Below are positions 10,605 through 21,716 of a stretch of DNA of 27,087 bases, piece after piece; the first letter of the stretch is position 1, and every line of letters begins with the position of its first letter. The translations under genes were made by a program, and so were the position numbers. Origin of the DNA: Octopus sinensis (lineage: Eukaryota); contig NW_021834032.1 of assembly GCF_006345805.1 (NCBI RefSeq), positions 1 through 27,087 of the forward strand. The letters run 5' to 3'. The notes beneath the pieces were generated by a model that was given only the letters and a program-made list of their open reading frames with translations, was not told the origin of the DNA and searched no databases.

Positions 10605-11502
10605 GACTCCCTGGTTTGGATTTGAAAACACTGAAAGTGGGAGCATACCCTTTCGGCTTCCTCTCGCTTCTGAAGATCTGCTCGTAACTAACAGTGCCAA
10701 CAAACTCAAAAATGCAAGCGAAGAATTTCTGCTCTCCCCTTTCCACCAGCGTGGGTAAAAATCAGTAAACACTATGCTTTTTTTCGGTAAAATCCGCGGC
10801 ATTATATAGAGAGAGATGAATTATAATTTCAACAATTGAGGGTAAAATTAATTAATTAATCAATTTCACCAAGTATTCAGTATGCAAAGGGACCATTATA
10901 AGGCGAATTCAAATTATTACATTATATAAAAGGGCTTAGTAAAATAAATTACTTTGCCGCATACTGAACTCATTAGAATAAGCAGCTAAAAAAAACTTTT
11001 TTAAAACTATTTCTAATACTTAAAGAAAACCTCTCTCATATTTGTGTGAGTTGAATGAGCAAACACTATATGAGAGAGGTTTTCTTTAAGTATTAGAAAT
11101 AGTTTTTTAAAAAAGTTTTTTTTTTGCTGCTATTTCTAATGAGTTCAGTATGCGGCAAAGTAATTTATTTTACTAAGCCCTTTTATATATGTAATAATTT
11201 GAATTCGCCTTAAATGGTCCCTTTGCATACTGAATACTTGGTGAAATTGATTAATTAATTATTTTACCCTCAATTGTTGAAATTATAATTCATCTCTCTC
11301 TATATAATGCCGCGGATTTTACCAAAAAAGCATAGTGTTTACTGATTTTAACCCACGCTGGTGGAAAGGGGAGAGCAGAAATTCTTCGCTTGCATTTTTG
11401 AGTTTGTTGGCACTGTTAGTTACGAGCAGATCTTCAGAAGCGAGAGGAAGCCGAAAGGGTATGCTCCCACTTTCAGTGTTTTCAAATCCAACCAGGGAGT
11501 TC

Positions 11503-11555
11503 TGAGCTGATGATAGAAATGTCGACTTTGACTAATCTTGAAACGTACGTTCTCA
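11503..11555 (+). ncRNA. type I hammerhead ribozyme motif (PLE-type), inverted copy
   Basis: CTGATGA 11507-11513, GAAA 11540-11543, predicted cleavage after GUU at 11551, stem I TGAG (11503-06) / CTCA (11552-55). Confidence 0.7.
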
Positions 11556-11838
11556 AATAACCTTTGCACTTGATTTTTTAATGTCTCTACCCCCATATTT
11601 GCGTGAGTTGAATTGAGCAAACACTATATGAGAGAGGTTTTCTTTAAGTATTAGAAATAGTTTTAAAAAAGTTTTTTTTAGCTGCTATTTCTAATGAGTT
11701 CAGTATGCGGCAAAGTAATTTATTTTACTAAGCCCTTTTATATAATGTAATAATTTGAATTCGCCTTAAATGGTCCCTTTGCATACTGAATACTTGGTGA
11801 AATTGATTAATTAATTAATTTTACCCTCAATTGTTGAA

Positions 11839-11873
<35 letters not shown>

Positions 11874-12221
11874 ATACATACATACATACATACATACGTA
11901 CATACATATATATACATACATACATACACACGTGCACAGACGCGCGCGTGCGCACACACTCACACACGGTTTATAGATGAGAGACAAATATTCCCTGTAT
12001 AGAATACACTTCGTAGTGCTCAAGAGGTTTAAACATGAGCAGGTAGAGGAGTAAATGTAAGGATAAGCAAGTTCGGCAAGTTGATATATAAAAAATATAC
12101 AAGTCGATATACAAAATTTAATATTAAAAAAATGTACATATGTTTACTTATAAAATGGTACTACTTACATAGAATAGAAACGATATCAGTAATTAAAGGG
12201 GTTGCATAAGTGGTTTACGAG

Positions 12222-12312
12222 TCCTACAGCTGTTTCTTGGGGCTTGGTGGTCCAAAATAACGATTGTAACTTGATTCCATCATCGGATAATACGAGCCTC
12301 CGTCTTCAGGGA
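12222..12312 (-). ncRNA. degenerate type I hammerhead candidate with long stem II region
   Basis: minus strand UCC-CUGAAGA-(66 nt)-GAAA-CAGCUG-UA^-GGA; 3-bp stem I, palindromic ACAGCUGU; stem II closure is poor. Confidence 0.35.
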
Positions 12313-12351
12313 AGAAGTTTTACATTTGAGGTGTCAACATTTTATTTATGA

Positions 12352-12406
<55 letters not shown>

Positions 12407-12453
12407 GTTGTTGTTGTTGTTGTTGTTGTTGTTATCATTATTATTATTATTAT
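12352..12453. repeat. (TTA)n/(TTG)n microsatellite
   Basis: directly visible. Confidence 0.95.
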
Positions 12454-12458
12454 AGTTG

Positions 12459-12772
12459 GGACCCCCTTCGGTCATGACTGACCATGGGATTGCACCTAGA
12501 AAGTTACCCTCCCAGGCACAAGTCCGGGCAAGGTTGGTTATGAAAGACCAGCAATCGCCCATGCATACCGGCCTCCCCTCTTCAGTGTTATTCAAGGGAA
12601 AGGCAAAGGCCGATACAGCTTGGCACCAGTGACGTTGCAACTCATTTCTACAGCTGAGTGAACTGGAGCAACGTGAAATAAAGTGTCTTGCTCAAGAACA
12701 CAACACGCAGCCCGGTCCGGGATTCGAACTCACACCCTCACGATCGTAAGCTCGACGCTCTAACCGCTAAGC

Positions 12773-12774
<2 letters not shown>
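12459..12774 (-). mobile_element. tRNA-derived SINE (head A + CORE-like body + tail Y)
   Basis: minus-strand B box GAGTTCGAATCC; ~12637-12770 is homologous to ~355-487, then an unrelated 3' tail; sits inside a (TTA)n tract. Confidence 0.88.
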
Positions 12775-12869
<95 letters not shown>

Positions 12870-12920
12870 GCTGTTGTTGTTGTCGTCGTTGCTGTTGCTG
12901 TTGTTGTTGCTACTACTATT
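12773..12920. repeat. (TTA)n/(TTG)n microsatellite
   Basis: directly visible; accounts for poly-L/poly-N ORFs. Confidence 0.95.
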
Positions 12921-13510
12921 AGTGAACTGGCAGAATCGTAGCACGCCGGGCAAAATGTTTAGCGGCATTTTGCCTGTCTTTACGTTCTGTATTCAAATTC
13001 CGCCGAGGTCAACTTTGCTTTTTATTCTTTCGAGGTCAATAAATTAAGTACCAGTTGCGTACTGGGGTTGATCTAATCGACTGGCTCCATCTCTCAAGAA
13101 TTTCGGGTCGTGTGCCTAGAGTAGAAAAGAATCGTTAGCACGCCGGGCGAAATGCTTAGCGGTATTTCGTCTGCCGCTACGTTCTGAGTTCGAATTTCGT
13201 CGAGGTCGACTTTGCCTTTCATCCTTTCGGGGTCGATTAAATAAGTATCAGTTACGCACTGAGGTCGATATAACCGTCTTAATCCGTTTGTCTGTCCTTG
13301 TTTGTCCTCTCTGTGTTTAGCCCCTTGTGGGTAGTAAAGAAATAGGTATTTCGTCTGTCTTCATGTTCTGAATTCAAATACTGTCGGGGTCGACTTTGCC
13401 TTTCATCTTCTCGGGGTCGATAAATTAAGTACCAGATGAGAACTGGGGTTGATGTAATCGACTAGCCCCCTCCAACAAAATTTCCGGCCTTGTACCTTTA
13501 GTAGAAAGGA
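12921..13510 (+). mobile_element. Nin/Deu SINE trimer (tails 2-1-2; second and third units 5'-truncated)
   Basis: three Nin cores at ~13007, ~13203 and ~13388 joined without spacer. Confidence 0.88.
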
Positions 13511-13514
13511 TTAT

Positions 13515-14790
13515 TGTTTTTCTCTTTATTACAGGTTTTGTTGGAGGTCCTGGAGACTTGCATGCGTAGCGTACTTACTACCTGCTATTCGTTCTTTTCA
13601 GCTATCTAATACTTTCTTGAATATTCCGACCGTGCCAAGGAGGCCAACCTTTTGTAACAGTTCTACTGGGCACTCTATTACAATTTCTTTTATATTCCTC
13701 TTGATGTCTTCTGATACTGTTCCCAGGGACCCAACAATAATTGGCACTATCTTCACCTTCTTCATTTTCCAGAGCCATGCTATTTCGTACTTAAGACAGT
13801 TGTATCTATCTTACCGCTTTCCTTCTCGACTATTAGTGGGTCAAAGGGGCATGCAACATTGACCATATAGCATATATGATGCACCTTGTCCACCACTACT
13901 CGGTTCGGTCTGTTATCCTCTAGCACCTAATCTGTTTGGATTGGGAAATCACAGAGGATTTTGCTAGTTTCCGACTCTGCCACTCACTGCGATTTGTTCT
14001 CATACCACATCTTGCCTCTCTCTAGCTCCCACTTTTCGCACAGTTTCCAAATGTAGCACTTTCGCTACCTGGTCGTGGTTTTGGGCAAGTCTAGGACATT
14101 GGTTCGGGATATGGGCAATGGTTTCATCTACTCTATCGCAGATGCGGCACAGCGAAGACACTTGCTCATTCCCCAGGTCGGCCCTACAGTTCGTGGCCAA
14201 AGTTTGGTCCTGCACCGCCAGTATAGTGCTCTTGGTCTCTTTTTTTAGAGTTCCTTTCATCAGCTATTTTTTCCACCTATTTTTTCCAGCAACTTCTGTT
14301 GTGGCTACATGGAATCGATTGTGTAGTCCCTTCTTGCGTAATTCTTCTTCGTGTCCTTTTTGTACTTCTTCCTTTCTTTTCCCATTTTTTCTCTGCTTTC
14401 AATACTTCATCATTCCTAACTGCCATTAGCATGGTTTCCTTACATTGGGCTAGGTGTCTCATTAAACTCTCGAGTTCGATATGCACGCAGTCTTCCACAC
14501 TTATCAATCCCCATCCTCCATTTGCTCTCTTCATGTATAGGCGATCAGTGCCTTCATGTGGATGATGGGCTCCATGCGTCATTAGGAGCTTTCTTGTCTT
14601 CCTATCTCCTTTAGCTCCTCCTCTGTCCACTTCAGGATTCTAGCGCCGTACCTAACATCTGCGACTGCGCGCGAGTTTATTGCCGAAATTATGTTTCTAG
14701 CATTCAGCTTTGAAGCCAATAATTTTCTCACTCGCCACAGGTACTCTCTTTTTGTCTTTTCCTTCACGTCATGGTGTTTGCTCCATCATT
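13515..14790 (-). mobile_element. 5'-truncated, frameshifted non-LTR retrotransposon with restriction-like endonuclease (R4/Dong-like)
   Basis: peptides EYLWRVRKLLASKLNARN, DRKTRKLL..DRLYMKRANGGWGL, ILAVQDQTLATN, CCHC knuckle CRIC..ETIAHIPNQC, HDQVAKVLH, C-terminal LQKVGLLGTVGIFKKVL*. Confidence 0.88.
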
Positions 14791-15046
14791 ATTTTATGCA
14801 TTTTATTCAATTTTAGAAAAACTGAAGTATGTCTTTTGATAATTCCGGAGCGGTGTTGAACTTATTTTGTGCACGACTTTTGGTCCACCATGTATACACA
14901 CACACACATATATATATAAACAGCCGAAATCTGCGATGAGGAATCAGTTTCTGACTGAAGAACGAAGGCTTTGAATGACCCGTTTGTCTTTTATTTCGTC
15001 CCTTCGTGTATTTCACGTTATTTATTTATGTAAAGGTTTATTATAT

Positions 15047-15111
<65 letters not shown>

Positions 15112-15119
15112 TGTGTATC

Positions 15120-15150
<31 letters not shown>

Positions 15151-15616
15151 GTATGTGTCTGTATATGCGCATTCATAAACAGCTGCGTGGAGTTAATAGC
15201 ACTTATACAAGTACGCTTTTTTACATCTATATTTAACATTTTCCCAATCGTGTTCCACTTGACCTCCAGTAATAGCTATGAAAATACTGTTACCGTCACA
15301 GGAGGTATAGAATGTCTACAAACACGTACATACTTGCACATATATTCACGGACATAAATACATTTACACGCATATACACAAACATAAATTGATATACATA
15401 TATTGCATTTAGGTATAAGTGTTTATATTACATCTATGCATGTATTCATGATTATATTAATACATATGTAACATATAAAGTAACACACACACACTCATAT
15501 ATATATGCATATATATTCGCCACAGAAGCTGCTTCTAATGCTTATAGCTTGTTTGTGTGTGGTGTGTGTGTGTGTGGGGGTGTGTGTGTGTGTTGTGTGT
15601 GTGTGGTGTGTGTGTG

Positions 15617-15660
<44 letters not shown>

Positions 15661-15664
<4 letters not shown>

Positions 15665-16285
15665 GTTGTCCGAAAGTTCGTGCCGATTTCTAGTAGCTAC
15701 CTTTCGACTTATTTTAGAACATGGTTCAGTCCATAAAATAGGATTAGACTACACCTCCATTTAGAGCACAGTTTAAGCTATCTTTTCGTGGAAAAGATTT
15801 ATGTTCCTATAACATGTGTTAATTCTGTAACCCTTTAAAATGGAAGATAAGAAAGTTCATTTTTGACACTTATGCTTTGGGAACCAGACAAAAATTGCTG
15901 CAGCTCGGCTGGGATGTGTTACCCCACCCTCCATATTCACCAGATATTGCTCCTTCGGATTTCCACTTATGTATGTACGTATGTATGTATATGCGCATTC
16001 ATAAACTGCTGCGTGGAGTTAATAGCACTTATACAAGTACGCTTTTTTACATCTATATTTAACATTTTCCCAATTCCTTGGAAGACGTAAAAAGATACCT
16101 TGATGAATTCTTTGCCATGAAACCACCTCAATTCTGGGAAGAGGGTATTTTCAAGTTAAAGGAATGATGGAGACGCATTGTGCAACAAAATGGTTCATAT
16201 TAGGTTGATTAAAAATGTAATGGCAAGTATTTATTGACCTTTTTCTTCCCTTTAAAAATCAGCACGAACTTTCCGGACAACCCAA
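15661..16285 (+). mobile_element. internally deleted mariner transposon with a captured flank insertion
   Basis: ~29-bp TIRs 15661-15689 / 16256-16285, TA on both sides; MEDKKVHF start at 15840; LGWDVLPHPPYSPDIAPSDFHL motif; C-terminal WRRIVQQNGSY. Confidence 0.93.
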
Positions 16286-16442
16286 TATATATTAATGTGT
16301 GTGTATGTACGTGTGCGTGTGTGTGTGTGTGTGTGTGTTTATGTGCGCACACGTGCGTGTGTGCGTGTATAAATATGTGAACTCATATAAGTACATATAT
16401 GTATGTATGCGTGTATGGTATATGTGTATGTATATGTTTATC

Positions 16443-16493
<51 letters not shown>

Positions 16494-16691
16494 ATATATA
16501 TATATATATATAATATATATTATATATATTATATATATATATATGTCTATGGGCAAGTGCGAAACTCTAAATCAATGGTCATATGTTGTACTAAGTGCAC
16601 GATGCATTAAACAAGGAATATATGAGGTGCAAGTGTGTATGTGTGTATGAGTTTGTATGTTTACGTAAACAAAGTAGATTGATACATAGTC

Positions 16692-16721
16692 AGACGGACA
16701 AGCAAACAGATAGATAGATAT

Positions 16722-16777
<56 letters not shown>

Positions 16778-16837
16778 GATAGATGGATGGATGGATGGAT
16801 GGATGGATGGATGGATGGATGGATCGATGGATGGATG

Positions 16838-16896
<59 letters not shown>

Positions 16897-16897
16897 C

Positions 16898-16932
<35 letters not shown>

Positions 16933-16965
16933 GGATGGATGGATGGATGGATGGATGGACGGACG

Positions 16966-17015
<50 letters not shown>

Positions 17016-17058
17016 TAGATAGATAGATAGATACAGACAGACAGACAGACAAACAGAC
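16692..17058. repeat. compound (GATA)n/(GATG)n/(GACG)n/(GACA)n satellite
   Basis: directly visible. Confidence 0.97.
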
Positions 17059-17271
17059 ATTTGTACCTGTCATAATAGATGCATTAGGCTATGTAACTAG
17101 AGATTTGCACAAAACCTATAAGTGTTAAGATTTTATAGGAAAGAGCAAAAGAAACTGACGCGCATCCTGCAAATTCAATTTATTAGCAGCACAGTGAAAA
17201 TTCGTCATCATAAAGATTCTCCTATGTGAGACTCTTTAAATGAATATATTCACATTCTTGATTTTGTGCAA

Positions 17272-17474
17272 ATACTAAGACCTGAAATTTTGGGAGGAAG
17301 GGGACAAATCGAGTACACCGACCCCATTACACGAAGGGTACTTATTTTATCGGCCCCGAAAGGATGGAAGGCAAAGTCGACCTCGGTGGAATTTGAACTC
17401 AGAACGTAAGGACGGATGAAATGCAGCCAAGCGTTTTGCTAAGCGTGCTAGCGATTCTGCCAGCTCACGACCTC
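17272..17474 (-). mobile_element. Nin/Deu-domain SINE, tail type 2
   Basis: CCCCGAAAGGATGGAAGGCAAAGTCGACCTCGGTGGAATTTGAACTC. Confidence 0.87.
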
Positions 17475-17871
17475 TTTGCAAATAGAAATATTGATGCGAA
17501 AAATGTTCTATATTCTACCAAACATGATAACATCAAAATTTAAATTTCATTGTATTCGTCATTATCGATCTCACCCAATTGAAATTCATAAGATATTTAA
17601 TACCTCTGTTGTTTGTCCTCAGTTTAATTCAAATCGACCAGACATATAATTTTTAAAATATTGTACACAGGAGCTATCTTATCTTTTTTTTTTTTTTTCG
17701 AGTACTGAAAAGTATATTAGTTAATGTGTCTTTCAGACATAGTTATATCTAAGACTACATCCTCCAGTGTGTCCTTTAGACAAAAGTGTGTCTAAAACTA
17801 GGTTATTTAATGTTTCCTTTTTTTTTTATAAGGTAATAGTATGTGGTTTGAAGGAGATTTGGCTAATATTA

Positions 17872-18812
17872 TCAGATCATCCCCATAAGTTCTGTCCGAT
17901 TTTACCTTTTTTAAAATTGAATGAAATTTGATAGTATTTTAGAATGTCTAATGGAATTAAAATGTATTTTTATGCATTTGTGTGCATTTAAACTAATTAA
18001 ATATTATTTTACAGAATAATAGAATTTAAATTTCTTTGATTAAAACCCTTTCTAACATGGAAGTATCCAAAGAGCATTTGAGGCACATAATGCTTTATGA
18101 GTACAGCTCTTCTCTCCATTCTCGCGAACTCATTTCACCCTTTTTGGATAGACTTGTGACTGGTGACGAAAAATGGATCTTCTATCGAAATGTTAAACGT
18201 CGTAAACAGTAGCTTGGTAAAAAGGAAAAAGATCAACCACAACCGAGAAGGGAACTTCATAAGAAAAAGGTTCTTTTTTTTTTCTATCTGGTGGGATTGC
18301 AAAGGCGTAATTCACTTTGAATTTTTACCACCTAATGCAACAATCAATGCTCAAGTCTACTGTCAGCAATTAGAGCGTTTGAACCAAGCTTTGAAGAAAA
18401 AATTAACCGCTTTAGCGAATCGAAAAGGAGTGATGTTTCAGCAGGACAATGCGCGACCCCACACTGCAAAGATCACATCACAGAAGATCGAAGAGCTTGG
18501 TTGGGAAAAAATTCCTCATCCACCTTATTCTCCCGACCTTACTCCTTCAGACTACTATTTGTTTCGTAGTTTACAGAATCATTTGAAGGGCATAACTTTC
18601 GCAAGCCAGGAGGAGGTCGAAACATTTCAGAGTTCTTCGCTTTGAAACCAAAAGAGTTTTACATTGATGGGATTAAAAAGCTTGTAAATAGATGGAAGGA
18701 AGTCATAGATAACCAGGGAAAGTACATTGATGATTAAATTTCAATTATATATAACTTTTGATCACTTGTTTTCTTTATTCAAAATTCGGACAGAACTTAT
18801 GGCATGACCTGA
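17872..18812 (+). mobile_element. mariner (DD34D) transposon, internally deleted
   Basis: TIRs TCAGATCATCCCCATAAGTTCTGTCCGA.. / ..TCGGACAGAACTTATGGCATGACCTGA; TA TSD at 17870-71 and 18813-14. Confidence 0.95.
18057..18737 (+). pseudogene. mariner transposase pseudogene lacking most of the DNA-binding domain
   Basis: MEVSKEHLRHIMLYEY then a deletion to FLDRLVTGDEKWIFY, WWDCKG, QDNARPH, HPPYSPDLTPSDYYLF; stop and frameshifts present. Confidence 0.93.
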
Positions 18813-19094
18813 TACATGTGAGTTGAATAACCGAATAAGAGGCATTGTTGTTGACTCAAACGGCTTGTTTTAAAGGCAGGCAGAAAAGACCTTGAAAATC
18901 ATATTGGCTGGCAACGAAGACACTTGCTTTATGTTGAAAATATAAAACGATTGTGTTAAGATAACCGAATTAAATGTACATAGAGCCTACACTTTCCAAC
19001 AAAAATGTTCGTTCTCTTTAATGACCATTAAAGAGATTTTTAATGACGTTGTCCAAATTTATGTGATGGTTAATGGTGTTACAATAACAGTGAC

Positions 19095-20119
19095 CCAACT
19101 AAAATGTTAGAGCGTCGGCAAAAATGCCTTGCGGTATTTTTCTGTCTTTACGTTCAGAGTTCAAATCCTGACGAGGGAAACCTTGCCTTTCATCGTTTCG
19201 GGGTCGATAAAACATAGTACCAATAAAGTATTTGGGTCAATGATGTGGACTAACTCCACCTCTCAAAAACTGCTTATCTTGTACCTGAATTAGAATCTAT
19301 TATTGAAGGTGTAGCTAAAGGTGGTTAACAAAATTAGCAAAGCAGAAGACATCAACCTCAGTGTTCAAATGGTACTTACTTTATCGACCCCGAAAGGACG
19401 GGCGGTCGACTTTACCTTTCATCTTTTTGGAGTCGATAAAATTAGTACCACTTGAGCAACACAATCGACTACTCACCACACCAGCAAAAATTCAGGTTTT
19501 GTGTCTATTGTAGAAAGAGGCATTTACTTAATGTTTCTTCTTTTACATTCTGAGTTCAAATCCCACCATCTTCAACTTTAGCTTTCAATCTCGTGACATC
19601 GATTAAATACTACCAGCCATATACTGTTGTTATTTAAATCAAACCGTATCCCTCTCTACATAACATGAAGCATTTTGCCTATGATAGAAATCATTGTCTG
19701 CATAGTTAAGGCGGCGAGCTGGCAGAATCGTTAGCACATCGGGTGAAATACTTCGCAGCATTTCGTCGTCGCTACGTTCTGAGTTCAAATTCCACCGAGA
19801 TCGACTTTGCCTTTCATCCTTTTGGGGTCGATTAAATAAGTACCAGTTACGCAGTGGAGTCGATGTAATCGACTTAATCCGTTTCTCTATCCTTGTTTGT
19901 CCCCTCTATGTTTAGCCCCTTGTGGGCAATAAAGAAATAAGAGTTGTCAGCACTTCGCAGCATTTCGTCTTCGCTACGTTCTGAGTTCAAATTCCGCCGA
20001 GGTCGACTTTGCTTTCCATCATTTCGGAGTCGATAAAGTACCAGTTGAGCAATGGGGTCGATATAATCGACTTGTCCCCTCCCCCAAAATTTCAGGCCTT
20101 GTGCCTGATGTAGAAAGGA
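19095..20119 (+). mobile_element. cluster of Nin/Deu SINE copies (19095-19296, 19405-19516, ~19535-19692, 19708-19939, 19952-20119; short minus-strand piece ~19350-19400)
   Basis: repeated GAGTTCAAAT and CTTTCATC..GTCGAT motifs; both tail types present. Confidence 0.85.
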
Positions 20120-21683
20120 TTATTATCTTCATAATTATTATTTCCTTCCTTATTGCTAACATAATCGTCGATAGTGTTTCTGTTGTTGCACAAGTCTCTC
20201 TCCTATTCCTCCTGTTTCTGTGGTTGCATTCGTTGATCTTGATAATTACTGTTGCAATTGTCGTTGCTATTGACACTGCTATCTCAGTAATTAGTCATAT
20301 TGTTGTTCTTGTTCATGACACTATAGTGGCTGTTGTAATTAATCACTATAGCTGCTGCTGCTGCTACTACTACTACTACAACTACTACTGCTGCTGCTGC
20401 TGATGATGATCGTAGTGGTGGCGATATTATTGATGCTGGGGTTGTTGTGCATTGCCGATATCCTTAAGCTATTGTTTGGATGTTCTTCTTCAAAGAACAA
20501 TAATCGCACATTCTCATTTCACAATAGATATTAATGGTTGAAGAAGGGAAAGGTGTAAAAAAGAATGTGTGAGGAGGAGGAGGAGGAGTGACTAAACAAC
20601 AGTTGAAGAGAGATAATATACGACAGAGGGAAGACAGAAAACATTGGAGAAAGTAGAAGAGAACGAAGACAAGGTGACAATAAGACTATTGATGAAAAAG
20701 AGGAAGTTGTTGGTTAACCCCGAGTCGATTGTGGGATTAAGCAGGCCGATGATTAAAAAGCGTTCCAGCCATGACAACTTGGACATGGTGTAACCTTAGT
20801 CGACACTATCTAATATATTTCTCATACAAGACGGTAGCGTGTAATATGGGAGAGCAAATATGTAGAAACACTCTCACTGAAGAAGAGGGAGGAGGAGAGA
20901 GACAGAAAGATATGAAGAAAAGGGTAAAATACAGAGAAAAGATAGAGTCGAAGGAAGATTGTAGAGGAGAAAAGAGAATAAGATAATGAAGAGAGAGAAA
21001 GAGAGAGGAGAGAGAGACGGTGAGTGTAAAATTAAAAGAGAATGAGAAAGAATAAAAAGAAGTGTAGAATGAAAATATCTTGAAAAAAACAAAAAAAAAT
21101 TGAATAAAACACGACAGCAAAAAAGAAGTACAATTGTGAGAGAAAAGTAATAAAGAGGGACCGAGTGCGAATAAAAGTTAAAGATTGTATATATATCCTC
21201 AGGCTGTGTACGTCATGTTGGTTCTCACTGCAATAAGAAAACATGATAAGGTGCTTCTCACTATTACAATGGCCACACTAAGTGTTCACTTTGTTCCGTA
21301 GCTAAACTGTTAGCGGATCTTCCACGCTATTGATAAGAACAGTGAAATAGCAACGAGCGAGATCGAAAGATAAGCTCACACTCTCGCATACTGTTTTTAA
21401 AATTTTAAATATCTCCGCCATCTTATTTTGTTATCGGTTTGCATTGTTTTTTCTTTTTCTCTTTTCCTTTCTTTCTGTTTTTAATTATTTATTTTTCTTT
21501 TTTTTTTTTTCAACTTTTGATAATAAATAATAAAAGGCAATGTTGCAGCTGACACGTTTTCACTTGTTTGTCTTTGATCGAAGTCACACCAATGACTCAG
21601 AGACACAGTTTCGAAGAGTCAAACGAACCTTTCATTCCATTTCGAATCCTCATCTCTCATCTACAAAACGTCAGATTTCGCTA

Positions 21684-21684
21684 G

Positions 21685-21716
<32 letters not shown>

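Larger units (their letters stand above)
10353..11844. mobile_element. non-coding hammerhead-containing PLE-type/retrozyme-like insertion: two inverted arms, each a partial tandem of an ~557-bp unit, inside (TA)n
   Basis: left arm 10353-11040 (direct repeat 10353/10911, period 558); right arm 11041-11844 is its reverse complement (repeat 11041/11598, period 557); CATAT microhomology at the junction 11037-11041; (TA)n on both flanks. Confidence 0.85.

Noticed and set aside
10670-10700. CTGAAGA on the strand opposite the real motif
   Set aside because: No stem II followed by GAAA
10489-10758. 89-aa ORF in the fold-back unit
   Set aside because: Starts at TTG, has no recognisable motif, and is frameshifted in the inverted copy (11420-11620)
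12055-12086. Short resemblance to 28S rRNA (AATGTAAGGATAAGCAAGTTCGGCAAGTTGAT)
   Set aside because: About 30 bp with several indels and no flanking rDNA similarity
13469-13547. 12-bp inverted match CCTCCAACAAAA between the SINE tail and the LINE 3' end, suggesting a SINE-LINE partnership
   Set aside because: Too short and not conserved in the other SINE copies
14925-14965. GAAA ... CTGAAGA arrangement suggesting a type II hammerhead
   Set aside because: No UH cleavage site compatible with the TCAG/CTGA stem, and stems II/III do not pair
20400-20412. CTGATGA
   Set aside because: Junction of (CTG)n and (GAT)n repeats
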